A DNA stretch of 64,000 nucleotides from Hormiphora californensis (lineage: Eukaryota; Animalia; Ctenophora), in assembly GCA_020137815.1 (NCBI GenBank), contig CM035353.1, positions 8,866,001-8,930,000 on the forward strand, given 5' to 3'. The position numbers and the translations under genes were made by a program. The stretch's first letter is position 1, and every line of letters begins with the position of its first letter. Below, in pieces: positions 23,097 to 34,630 of the stretch. A model generated the notes under the pieces. The model was not told the origin of the DNA and searched no databases. It was given only the letters and a program-made list of their open reading frames with translations.

Positions 23097-25840
23097 CTTT
23101 AAAAGCGCTTTATAGCGCTTTGTAGCGCTTTTAAAAGCGCTTTCAAAAGCGCTTTAAATTGCTACAAGAATCGCTTTAAAGCGCTTTTAGCAATTTAAAG
23201 CGGTGCGCTTTAAAGCGCTACAAAGCGCTATAAAGCGCTTTGAAGGGCCTAAAAACCCAAATTTTATTTATTTATTTTGAACACTCCATTGTAACAAGCA
23301 TGCTATTGGAGTCCCAAAAAACATAGGTACACGCCACACGGGCCCCAGGTGAGCCCAGGGGGAGCCACTCAAGTTGGGGCCCATTTGGGGTCCCCTTGTA
23401 AACGCGGTTGTACTCCTTGAAATGCTAACAATATGATGCTCTCTCAAATATAAAATTTCGGATAGAAATGATCCTTGTGTTTTAGTAGATTTCATAATCT
23501 TTTTCATCAATTATTATTTAAGCCTATCAAAACTAGGAGAAAAATTACCAGAATACAGAGACAAGAAAGATTATGTACTCACCTGAAACACAATGCTGAA
23601 TTTTACCCAAAACTTCAAATTTCAGAGAGGATCATATTGTTAGCATTTCAAGGAGTACAAGCGCGTTTACAAGGGGACCCCAACTGGCCCCCAACTTGAG
23701 GGGCTCCCCCTGGGCTCACATTGGGCAGGTGGGGCGTGTACCTATGTTTTTTGGGACTCCAATAGCATGCTTGTTACGATGTAGTGTTCAAAATAATTAA
23801 TAAAATTTGGGTTTTTAGCGCTTTAAAGCGGTCGAAAATGTTCAGCCCAGAACTACCATATTACCGTGAGAGATAATGAACAGTAAAAGAGAGAATGAGA
23901 GAGAGAAACGAATGGAATGCGATTATTTTGCCTCTTGAGTCAGAGCATTGGCCTGGCTGCAGTTGCAAGTACATGTCGGTCGTTCCCCCTCTCAGCATTT
24001 CTTCTACTACCTAAACAGTGTGATATCTCCAATTACAGACAACACCCACATCACTGCCCCAGGACCAGGCAATTATAATTTTCCTCCTAGCCCTATCTAT
24101 CTTGCTCCCGCACCCCACTCCGTCCCCTTACTCTAAGATATAATTATTATCAATTATTAAACCATAATTTTTTGTAGCGCTTTCAAAAGCGCTTTAAAGC
24201 GCTATATAAAGCGCTTTAAAGCGCTTTATAGTGCTTTCGAAAGCGCTTTATAGCGCTGTAGGGGGCGGTCCTAACCGCCACCAGGCCGTGGCCCGGACTG
24301 TAAAAAGCCACGTATGCACAAGACATTGTACTAAATGTATAGTACCCTGTGCAAGTGCCTGGGCCCCCTACGGAGAGTCCCTGGCTCTCCGTCCATATAG
24401 AGAACTAATGTTAGGACAGCCATAACCAATGACCGAGTCGACAAATGAAAACAAACGATATACGTGTAAAAGAGGAGATCTCCCCTTGTCTCGGTGGCAA
24501 CGGCTCTAGTATCCATGGACTAACCACTACACTACTCAACCAATACAAGTCCAACTGATACACCAGCCGCAACCACTGGGCCGCCGGGAGATCCCCTTTC
24601 GGAAACTCTGACACGCCGCCAGGATTCCTATATAAATCTCCATTTAATACTCCCTCTAAATATACAAATATAAGCACTCACTCAATCCATGCTCAACATA
24701 AAGTAATGATATAAACTAAACACTCGTGTCTCTCCAATACTCCCTCTTCTCTGAACTAAACACTTTTCTACTCCTCCTCTCATGTCTTGGCTACCTCCTT
24801 CCCAATAAGGCATATATCAATCCAAAACTACCTCCACCAAGCCCTACAACACTGCTACCTCCACCAAGCTATACCTCCACCAAGCTATACCTCCATCAAG
24901 CTACACAACACTGTTCCACCCTGTATTGTGGCCTACTATCAATGTTAGCAATATAGCCGCCCCCATTGCGAGACCCAAGCTGACAATATAAGGAAGTTTG
25001 GCCGCAGGACAAACTCCCTTTGTACAATCCAATCTAGCCGCTCCGTACACCAGCTCCGTTGCAGCCATGCAGAAACCAGCTTCTCATACAAATCAATCTA
25101 CCTCTCTCTCTCTCTTTCTCTCTTAATAACTCGAGTGGTGATCTAAAGCCCATTCAATGTAGCAACGGCCGCTCTAACCTCTAGTATAGATAATAATAGT
25201 TCGTTGCAAAATATAATACTAATGGTTGATGTGCAGCCTGCACCCACACAACATATATACCGAAACATATTAGGACACTATATATATGAGGAATTATATA
25301 GGGACTTGAAGGAGCAAGCAATGCTTGTCAGTTGCGTGCCCTACAGCGCTATAAAAAGCGCTTTAAAGTGAGAGAGAACAGCCCCGATTTTGATGAAACT
25401 TGGTCAAAATAGTGTTTGGTGTCTAATTAGAAGTCAAAAAATTTTTAGTGCTCAAATCCTAAATTTAGGATTTTTAGGTTTTTTAGGTTTTTCGGCTTTG
25501 ATGGGTTTCAGGAACGTTCTAGAACAAAATGAATAAAACCATCTTTCTCGGCATTAAATTCTGCATCGATTATAGTGGTTATAAACCTTTCTATGACGTA
25601 AGGTTCAGAAGTTATCGCGAAAAAGCCCAAACGGGTACAACCTAAAAATCCTAAATTTAGGATTTGAGCACTAAAAAAGCGCTTTATAGCGCTATAAAAA
25701 GCGCTTTAAAAGCGCTTTGTAGCGCTTTTAAAAGCGCTTTCGAAAGCGCTTTAAATTGCTACAAGAATAGCTTTAAAGCGCTTTTAGCTTTATAGCGCTA
25801 TAAAGCGCTTTCTCAAACCCTTTAAGCGCTTTAAAGCGGT
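23097..25840. repeat. Element rich in AAAGCGCTTT palindromes, hosting nested insertions
   Basis: AGCGCT clusters at 23097-23240, 24175-24256, 25346-25365 and 25677-25835; 23818-23940 is duplicated at 25827-25950. Confidence 0.65.
24257..25345. mobile_element. Solo LTR (Gypsy-like)
   Basis: TGTAGGG...CCCTACA termini, 4-bp TSD GCGC, ~1.09 kb, no convincing ORF. Confidence 0.72.
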
Positions 25841-26127
25841 CGAAAATGTTCAGCCCAGAACTACCATTATAGTACCGTGAGAGATAATGGACAGTAAAAG
25901 AGAGAATGAGAGAGAGAAACGAATGGAATGCGATTATTCTGCCTCTTGAGTCTTGATGAGAGAGATAACATTGAAAAGTGTTGAAGATGTGTTCCTCTCT
26001 CTGTTATTGACAGCGCTGTGTGTTTACACACATTTTCATTACTTGGAAATTTACACACATGTTATGGAAATGAAGAGAAACGCGTGAAAAAGGGCAATAG
26101 TCTGATAAATCGCTAGCAGGATGTTAA

Positions 26128-26541
26128 AGTGAGAGTGGACCGAATCAGAATTGGACAAGTTTGTTGTAGGTAGTAGAGATTAGCTTTCTGAGATATTCCT
26201 CTGTATTCCTGCTGTATCAATATTTATTAAACAGGATAGAAACAATCCCTGTGTTTTACTAACACATTCTTTGAATTTTTAATATGCTAACTTGCATTGC
26301 TATACTTCTGTGCATGGACATGTCAACCTCACTGCTAATAGTTAGTAAGTGTTAGTAAAACACAAGGTATGTTTTTATCCTGTTTTATAAATATTGATCC
26401 AGCAGGAGTTCTCCCAACAAAACAAAAATATTTCAGTGATGGGTGGGTTGATTATGATCGGCAAAAACGCAAAATGCTCAGAGAGCATATCTCTCCTACC
26501 TACTACAAACGTGTCCAATTCTGATTCGGTCCACTCTCACT
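26128..26541. mobile_element. TTAA-flanked MITE (Kolobok-like termini)
   Basis: TTAA|AGTGAGAGTGGACCGAATCAGAATTGGACA ... inverted end|TTAA; relatives from ~27748 and at 41097-42774. Confidence 0.82.
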
Positions 26542-26752
26542 TTAATGCCTTTGGCATTCACACGGACAGGGAAAAAATCGTAAGCATTAGTATCCCTTTA
26601 AAACTCCTGAAAATTTGAAAAAAATAAGATAGAAAATAAAGTTTTAGGCATCTTGTCAACTTTTGAACGGCTAAAACTTTGCATTAGAGCAAGCTATAAC
26701 GTTCTAGACTAGAAAGTTATAGTTACTTGAATTAACAGAAGGTTTTCTGCAG

Positions 26753-26804
26753 CACCAGTTGAATATCCAACAGCGGAGAGAGCTTCAAACGGAACATCAT
26801 AAAA
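26753..26804 (+). CDS. Host gene B exon 4
   Basis: ttttctgcag| ... |gtaagc, 52 nt, HQLNIQQRRELQTEHHK, phase 0 to 1. Confidence 0.65.
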
Positions 26805-27121
26805 GTAAGCTTGGTGTAGAGATAACAAAGAGGAAGACTACCCCCGTTGTCATGTTTCCATGGTGACAAAAGGGGGTATACACTATACAGCTCAGGATAA
26901 TGAGGTGATGCTAATCACCACCAGAGTAGTCTATCTCATAACTCATTATCACCTCTATGATGCAAATGGTATAGCCGCGCCTAACTCCCTCTTCTTGCAT
27001 AGAGCTAAAAAGGGTACACGAAATGTTTTGTTGATTGTGGCGGACGGAATGCAAAGGCCTTTGTATTCCGTCCACCACATCGCTCTGCTATTTTGACAAC
27101 TGATAAGTTAGCTAATTTCAG

Positions 27122-27249
27122 ACCCATTGGTTCAACAGCTACTGCAGATGGTTGTGTGCAGACAGCATCAAAAACAACAGCAACTTAATCAACAAACGAA
27201 AGCTTCATTGCAACGAGTGACTGTGGAGAGGAAGTCACTACCAAAGCAG
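27122..27249 (+). CDS. Host gene B exon 5
   Basis: atttcag| ... CAG|gtacgc, 128 nt; only the phase-1 frame is open (PLVQQLLQMVVCRQHQKQQQ...LPKQ), matching exon 4. Confidence 0.7.
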
Positions 27250-28117
27250 GTACGCTGTGACGCATATAATTAAATGTGAAACATTTTGAGGACAGGCAGT
27301 GTTTTAGACAGTCCAGGAACATTCTGTATTGCCATGAACCTATATCAAGGATATTGTATTAACCCATTAATGCCCAAATATCGAATTTTTTGACAAATCT
27401 TTCCAATTTTTGGCAGCACCAATATGGTATGTTGAAAAGCAGAAGTCTCTATCTTATCGGGAAGTGCTTAAAACAACCTGTTGCGAAAACGCATCACTGG
27501 CACGCCCCATTTTCGCAACACTTTTCAAAATCATTTTACAGCTAAAATTCTAATGCAATAATTCTAAAATTTCACTAAACAGACTTGAAAATAATTTGGT
27601 TTGTCTCCGGGCAAGTTTAAATTTCGTTGCGTTTTCGCAACAACATTCGGAGCCTGTTTATAGCTAAACATTCAATAATTTCTTCTCAACGAACTTATTA
27701 ATGGCATTCTAGTAATAGTGGAAATAGTTTGTGATAGTCAGATTTAAAGTGAGAGTGGACTGAATCAGAATTGGACAAGTTTGTTGAAGGTGGTAGAGAT
27801 TAGCTTTCTGAGCATTTTGCGTTTTTACCGCTCAAAATCGACCCACCCATCACTGAGATATATTTGTTATGTTGGGAGAATTCCTGCTGGATTGATATTT
27901 ATCAAACAGGATAGAAACAATCCTTGTGTTTAACTAACACATTCTTTAAACTTTTAATATGCTAACTTGCATTGTTCATTGGTGGATTTTGAGCGGCAAA
28001 AACGCAAAATGCTCAGAGAGCTAATCTCTACTACATATTTTTGAATTTACTCAATCGTGGATAAGATCCACTCAATAGTCTAATTTTCCGAACTCAGCCC
28101 ACTCAAAATTCTTCAAA

Positions 28118-28717
28118 TCATACTTCATACTACTTACTAAGCAAATTGTGTAACGGTGGTCACCTAGCAACTACACTTGCACGTGCAATTATTAGAGAGA
28201 CCTGGAGATCTCTCTCCCGGTTGCAGTTTTGGGTACCAAGGAGAAATTCAATTCTGCACGTGCATTGTTTTACTTCTTTCCTGATGTCTAGCTCTTCCAC
28301 CCCAAGCGCTATTCGACAACAGTCATCTGGGTCCGGAAGATCTGCTGGTGTCAGGGAGCAGGCTAGAGAATATGACCGACTACGCCAACGTGTTCAAGCG
28401 AGCCAATCAACGACTACGGATAGCTTTACCCAACGTCGCCCAAGGGTGATTACTCCAGTCGAATATAGAAATCTCCGAATCGGCTACATAGCGGCCAAGT
28501 TTTCACGTTATGAATTTCTGGAACAGCACTGCACCTCCAGGACGTTGATCTCTTAAATTCGCACCTTGACATTGTCAGGAAGCCCAGAGCGTACAACAAC
28601 ATGGGTAGGGAGAAAGTGAGAGATATGCTAGGAACGGATGGTGCAGGTGATGTCAGCGTTCCCTAATCCAGCTACCATTTCCCCGAAATTCGCCCGTAGG
28701 GCGAACGGGCCTACTAG
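28118..28717 (+). mobile_element. Non-autonomous Helitron
   Basis: A|TCATAC 5' end; 3' hairpin TTCGCCC gta GGGCGAA then CTAG|T; ends shared with 41245-42453. Confidence 0.75.
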
Positions 28718-30659
28718 TTTAATTAATTTGAAAAGTCCAATTTAATTGCTTTATCTGTTTCTCTGTAATCAGCACTTAAAAAGTGTGGATAACAAATCGT
28801 GTGGATAACGGGCTCAACCTCACGATGATCGTGCTAGCAATATGAAATTTTAGTATACACAAGAATGGGTACTCACAATATGAATTAGCTTGGTTTTGTC
28901 AACTTTTTACTCAACTTGTGTGGATAACATCAGTTTCAATCATAAATCGTTACTCAACCGTATGAAAAAGAGTACATTTGGTATTCATTTCGGGTTTATT
29001 GGCTAGGGCTAACATTTTTCTTCGAAAATAAGCTTTCACTTTAACAAAAGGATAACTCAACCGGCGTGGATAACTATTTTTGTATCCTTTGGTCTACATT
29101 TAACATTTCGATTCTCAATTATCCACATCGATTGAGTAAGTTATATGACCAGGAAATTGCAGTTAGAGACCGTCCTCAACCAACAGGACAGTTTCTGAGC
29201 ATTAGTTAACTCAACCTGTGTGGATAACGTCTCTTTACTACAAGGGCAAATATAGAGGATTTTAGCGGGAAAAAGGAAGTTATCCACACTAGTTGAGTAT
29301 CGAATTGGAGCTAATCCAGCGTGTCCTTCGAATAGGTATGGATTAGGAACATTTTGCAAGTTGAGTAACCAAAATTGTGGATGATTTACGCACCGTCAAG
29401 TTTGGGAGGCTGTGTATCCACCATGGTTGAGTAAAATTCACTCAACCGTATGTGACTGAGGTTCCCAGAACAATTACCATTGCAATTATCCACAAAATGG
29501 AGGCATAGCTACAAAGATTACTCAACCAGGTGGATATTCATAAAACTTGTGTTTTTATCCACACCGGTTGAGCAATCGATTCAATTATTTAAAATTAATA
29601 TAATTTAAACATATTTTGACATGCTTACAAAATTTTAAGTGTCTAGAAGGTGTCTAAGTGGTATAAAAATTAGTTTCAATAATTTTGGTCGATTTTTCGA
29701 ACCCCAAAAAATCGAAATTTCAGCAGACTTTTTGACCGTGACCATATCCATCTGGTCCGGTATGACAAGCGCTATCACATGATGGTAACCACGAAAATGG
29801 TCCACCACCCAGGACGGGGAACGGGAGCCCCATGGCACCCACCCCTTACTCCCATTCCCCGTCATGGGTGGTGGTTCGTCTGTCAGTATACTCTATCTGA
29901 CGACAGGGAAAAAGTTTGGCCCAGAGCAAACCGACTCTGAAACTTAAAAACGCTAAAAACACTAAACAGAGCTTAAACAAAATAAGGACGGCGTGTGGTG
30001 AATCCTGTTAACCCATATGTACATTGTTCAACCTACCTTTACTCTGCAGGCCCTCCGGGCCCTCAGATGGTTGAGGCGGTATTAGTTTTTAAAATAAATG
30101 AAACCGATTCTGTTACCCCTAACTGGGACATTGCGGTAGTAAGGCACGTTTTAGCGTGCCCGCAAGGTAGGGGTAATTGCCCCAAATGATAATTTAAATA
30201 TAATATAACATTTTGACATCAATCAATCAATCAAAGAACCTCTCATGGAGGGGTCGCCGCTTTTAAGTTTTATGGGCAGTTATATAAAATTATGTAGTAC
30301 ATAATTATATTGTCACGCTATGAATACAAATAAACATTATATGGATTTGAATGGGATTAGGTGGAATTTAGTACGGATCGTGTGGTTGACATTGAAATAT
30401 ATCTATCTATGGGAGACCGGAGGTAGAGAGAGAGAGGGGATTGGAGATCACATTTCATTTGGCTAGAGATACTAGAGAATTAGTGTCTCCCCACGCGTCA
30501 GCGTCTTAGTTTAGGTCTAGGTTGGGGAGAGATTGAATTTCGAGGAGTAATTTTGTGACGTTTCTTTTGAATGGGTCAAAGAATTTGTTACTTAACTTAG
30601 TTTGTTTTGCAATGTCATTGTTGCTATTCTTCGACGCGAGTTGGATTATTTTATTGTAG

Positions 30660-31735
30660 TAATCAACTTCGGTGGAACAGAAATCTTCCCTAGTGAATGT
30701 AGTGGAACAGATGGTAAAACACTAGGAATTCTCTTGGATCACAATCTAAATCTTGAACGACAGGTTAATAATGCGAGGAAACAGTGTGGACTGATATTAC
30801 GGAATCTCTGGCAATTACACAGGTGTTTTGATGTTACAACAAAGATCATGTTGGTGAACCAGTTGATCATTTCTAGAATTGATTACAGCAATATTCTGTA
30901 TTGTGGACTTCCTGGCCGAGTTCTCAGCGGGCTCCAGAAACTTCTCAATGCCTGTGTTCGTTTTGTATTTAACCTCCATGGACACCAGGACAACTATATA
31001 ATGGAGTATTTCAGGCAGTGTCATATTTTACCGATCTCCTACAGGCTGGACTTCAAAGCATGTTTGATTGCCTATAAAATAGTCAATGGAACAGCCCCGT
31101 GTTATCTCCAGGATTTGGTGCCACGTGATGAGACTTGGGGAACCTCCAGGACTACGAGAATGACTAATGTTCCGGATCCCTATAATAGGTTAAAACATCC
31201 AAAGATGACCAGTATTAATGCCAACTCTAAGTTGAGACGTAGGAGGTTATCAGTATTCCTGCCTTCTGTCTGGAATGAGCTTCCCCTTGAGCTCAGGTCA
31301 ATCCCCAATGTGGAAACCTTCAAAACCCGGCTGAAAACACATCTCTTCGTTGGTGCATTTGGAGTGGGTGATGGGGAACCCATGGCTGAGTTGTAATGTT
31401 TGTTGTAGTTGTGGGGCCTGCGGGCAATCAGTGTCATCCTCTCTCTAGCCATGTTACTAATTCACTACCTAGTATCCTTTTTCCGAGCAGGTGTAAGTAA
31501 AGTGTGTTTTGAATTTATATCTACAGGTTTATGGGACCAGTTATTCCTTCAGTTTTATAAGTCCAGTTAATTTAGTCTTACAATATATTGTTCTTTTTTC
31601 AACCAGAGTGTTCGTGTGTGTCATATATATATAGAATATACCGCTCTGATGACTCGTCGGAGCATCGCCAATATTTTGACATGTTTCCGTCGGGTATGGG
31701 CGGTATACAAGCGCGGAATATTATTATTATTATTA
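30660..31735 (+). mobile_element. 5'-truncated L2-group LINE (ORF2 C-terminus to 31396, 3' UTR, (TTA)n tail)
   Basis: LGILLDHNL...LIISRIDYSNILYCGLP...WNELPLELRSIPNVETFKTRLKTHLF*; tail tattattattattag. Confidence 0.85.
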
Positions 31736-32244
31736 GAGTCTGGGGCCCACGCCCAAAATAGCGAAAAACGAAAACATTTGACTGCTCCTGCCGTGTGCTG
31801 TGACAGGTGGGGAGTAGGATACTTTGTTGGAATAGGGTAGTGATTTGCGTTGGTGCAACTCCTAGTCTGACCTTTTGCAATATCCCTACAATGTTTTTTG
31901 AGATCAGATTGGGAAGGGCTAGGAGAGAGAGTTTTCTAAAAATGGGTTTGGTGTGAGTGGGAATCTTATTATTGGATGGATTAAAAAAGAAATTTACGTG
32001 GTCGGGGCTAATTGCCCGTAAGGCCTTTTTTTGTGCCGAGAATAGATTAGAGAGGCGGGAACATATTTTGAGGTCCCGAGACTAAAGCAAAGCAAGGTGA
32101 CTATGCACGCCCTCTGTACAACAGTTTTAATGGGGAATCTCACACATACACGGGCAGAACTCGGTTAAGGAGAGATTAATTAGTATTCTGAATAATGAGT
32201 TCAGAGCAAGAATTAAATAGGGAAGAAAATCGAAAAATACTGGG

Positions 32245-32335
32245 TTTGACCGGGAATTGAACCAGGGACCCCCAGAGAGACATGCTCGGAGCTATAAACC
32301 ACTAAGCTACCAAACCCAATGTACTGATCGCATTT
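32245..32335 (-). mobile_element. tRNA-derived SINE head (family also at ~33245, ~48485, ~63410)
   Basis: TAGCTTAGTGG A box and GGTTCAATTCCC B box; several dispersed copies. Confidence 0.6.
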
Positions 32336-32363
32336 CATCGCTCTATATCGCTCATGCCCTTAA

Positions 32364-33043
32364 GGCCAGAGGGGGGGGGGGGGGTCGACGGATCTAAAAA
32401 GTCACTTTTGAGGTTTGGTCGGGCTCGAAGAGCCGGACCAGATGGAATAGTTGGAATCGTTTTAGCGCGCACTGTTAAGGAGAAATTTGAGGTTAACTTT
32501 TGCCCCAAATTCGAAGTTAACCTCAATAAATCACACGAGGGATGATCCAACCAATTAAAACTAACAAAATGTTAACCTCAATAACTTCGGAACAAAGGCC
32601 TAAATCAAAAATCGCTACATCAGATTTCAGCACAAACATCTCAGGATCATGCCTGCCAAGTTTCAAGGCCCAACTCCTAGCCGTCTCTGAATGAATGGAA
32701 GGGAAGTAGGGAAAATTGGGAAAAAATTGTTCTGAGATATTGACCAAAAGGCAACTTTTCGGGAAATATGTTAACCTCCAATATTTTGTGAACCGCTAGG
32801 GTTAGCACGATGAAACTTTGCAGTCACGCTCTCCTTGGTGAGATCTAACTTTTTGAACCGTTTCTACTGTCTCAAGTCATCCCTCCTGTGATTTATTGAG
32901 GTTAACTTCGATTTTGGGGCAAAAGTTAACCTCAAATTTCTCCTTAACGGTGCGCGCTAAAACGATTTCAACTATTCCATCTGGACCAAACCTCAAAAGT
33001 GACTTTTTAGACCCGTCGACCCCCCCCCCCCCCCCCTCTGGCC
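32364..33043. mobile_element. TTAA-flanked MITE
   Basis: TTAA|GGCCAGAGGGG... long TIRs ...CCCCTCTGGCC|TTAA; fragments of the same family at 12600-13380. Confidence 0.85.
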
Positions 33044-33349
33044 TTAACTAGACACCATGTGATAAAGGGAAGTAATTTTGATATCTCCTTCTGGTGATCA
33101 ACACACACACACGCCCTCTGTACAACAGTTTTAATGGGGAATCTCACACATACACGGGCAGAACTCGGTTAAGGAGAGATTAATTAGTATTCTGAATAAT
33201 GAGTTCGGAGCAAGAATTAAATAGGGAAGAAAATCGAAAAATACTGGGTTTGACCGGGAATTGAATTAAACAGGGACCTCCAGAGAGACATGCTCGGAGC
33301 TATATATATATTAATATGTCCGATATTTAACTGGATGTTTCATTTTCAG

Positions 33350-33484
33350 CCTTTGGTCAAACATGAAGAAATGACCGAGTATCCAAGTTTACAAAAACAA
33401 CAACAACAACATCATTTTGCAAAGACGATTGCCAGTTTAATGGATTCTCCCTCTTTGCTTGCTCAGTTTAAAGAAATCCTCCAG
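33350..33484 (+). CDS. Host gene B exon 6
   Basis: ttttcag| ... CAG|gtaaga, 135 nt, PLVKHEEMTEYPSLQKQQQQHHF...KEILQ, phase 0-0. Confidence 0.72.
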
Positions 33485-33660
33485 GTAAGAAAATAACCTT
33501 TTTGATTTACATAGTAGATCTCCTTGATACCAAATTAGTTTTGTGGCCCTTCCTGGGGGATGATTTTTTATGAATACATAGATCCGTCAGGAGGTACACT
33601 ATAGTATAGTATAGTATATCATATATATATATAGTATAGTATGTCTTACTTACTTTTGAC

Positions 33661-34630
33661 TTAAGGCGGGTGGAATTCCCGAACGCCTTGAACAAGTTTT
33701 CTCCACGCATCACGTTCCTCCATAACTGAAGCTATCTCCTTCACATCTCCCAGACCCGTATCTTGCCGTAGAACATCCACAAAGGTTTTCGAGGGCCTGC
33801 CACGTTTACATTGACCGTGAGTAGGCTCCCAAAGGAGGACTTTGTGGAGTGTCAGCTCTGAGTGCCGTTGTGCATGTCCGGCAAGTCGTAGTCTTCGTTC
33901 CGCTATTTTAGTGCTGAGAATGGGTAACCCTCCAATACCATACAACGTGCCATTAGTCATGCGGAGTTGCCACTGGTTCTTGTTAAGTGCCATTCTCAAC
34001 ATACGAGTATAAGCTCCATTCAAACTCTTCTCCATTTGTTTGGTTAGGGTCCAGGTCTCACATCCGTATAGGAGAACGGTTTCGACAGTAGCAACGAATA
34101 ACCTACACTTGAGTTCGTCTTTAAGATCTGAGTTCCAGACTTTCTTCAAGCCGTGGCAGGCAACCCATGCCTTACTCTTCCGGTTCTTGATGTCTTTGTT
34201 CGAATCTCTGATCCACGAACCGAGGTATTTGAAGTCATCGGTTGTTTTGATGGTGTGTCCGTCACAGGTAAGAAGCGGCTCTGGATCTGGGATGTTCTCC
34301 ACTATGAGCTCCGTTTTGTTCTGGTTAATAGCCAGACCAACCTCCTTACATACCGTTTCAACCTCACGAAGTAAAACCCCTAACTCCTCAACCGAGTTTG
34401 CCAGCAGGGCCACGTCGTCCGCGAAGCCAGTGTCAGTAACTCTGGATGCCCCAACTCTCCTACTCCTAGCAGGTCTCAGAGTGAAACCGATCTCCGGGTG
34501 TCTACTGAGTGCTATCCGTAAGCAGTAGTCCAGCACTATGATAAAGAGATACGGGGCTAGTGTGTCGCCTTGTAAGACACCAGCCACGATCTCAAATATA
34601 GCAGTAACGCCGTCAGCTGTAATAACTTTG
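33661..34630 (-). pseudogene. RTE reverse transcriptase, C-terminal half
   Basis: GVLQGDTLAPYLF, FADDVALL, FKYLGS, LLYGCETW, LRLAGH, RGRP motifs in one open frame. Confidence 0.9.

Noticed and set aside
28780-29570. Bacterial oriC (DnaA boxes)
   Set aside because: Lies in an intron among eukaryotic transposons, with no bacterial genes nearby
31640-31712. Hammerhead at the CTGATGA near 31646
   Set aside because: No GAAA after a stem II; better explained as the L2 3' stem-loop
32245-32335. tRNA genes (also ~10000, ~48500)
   Set aside because: A/B boxes are present but there is no proper cloverleaf; shared non-tRNA flanks indicate SINEs
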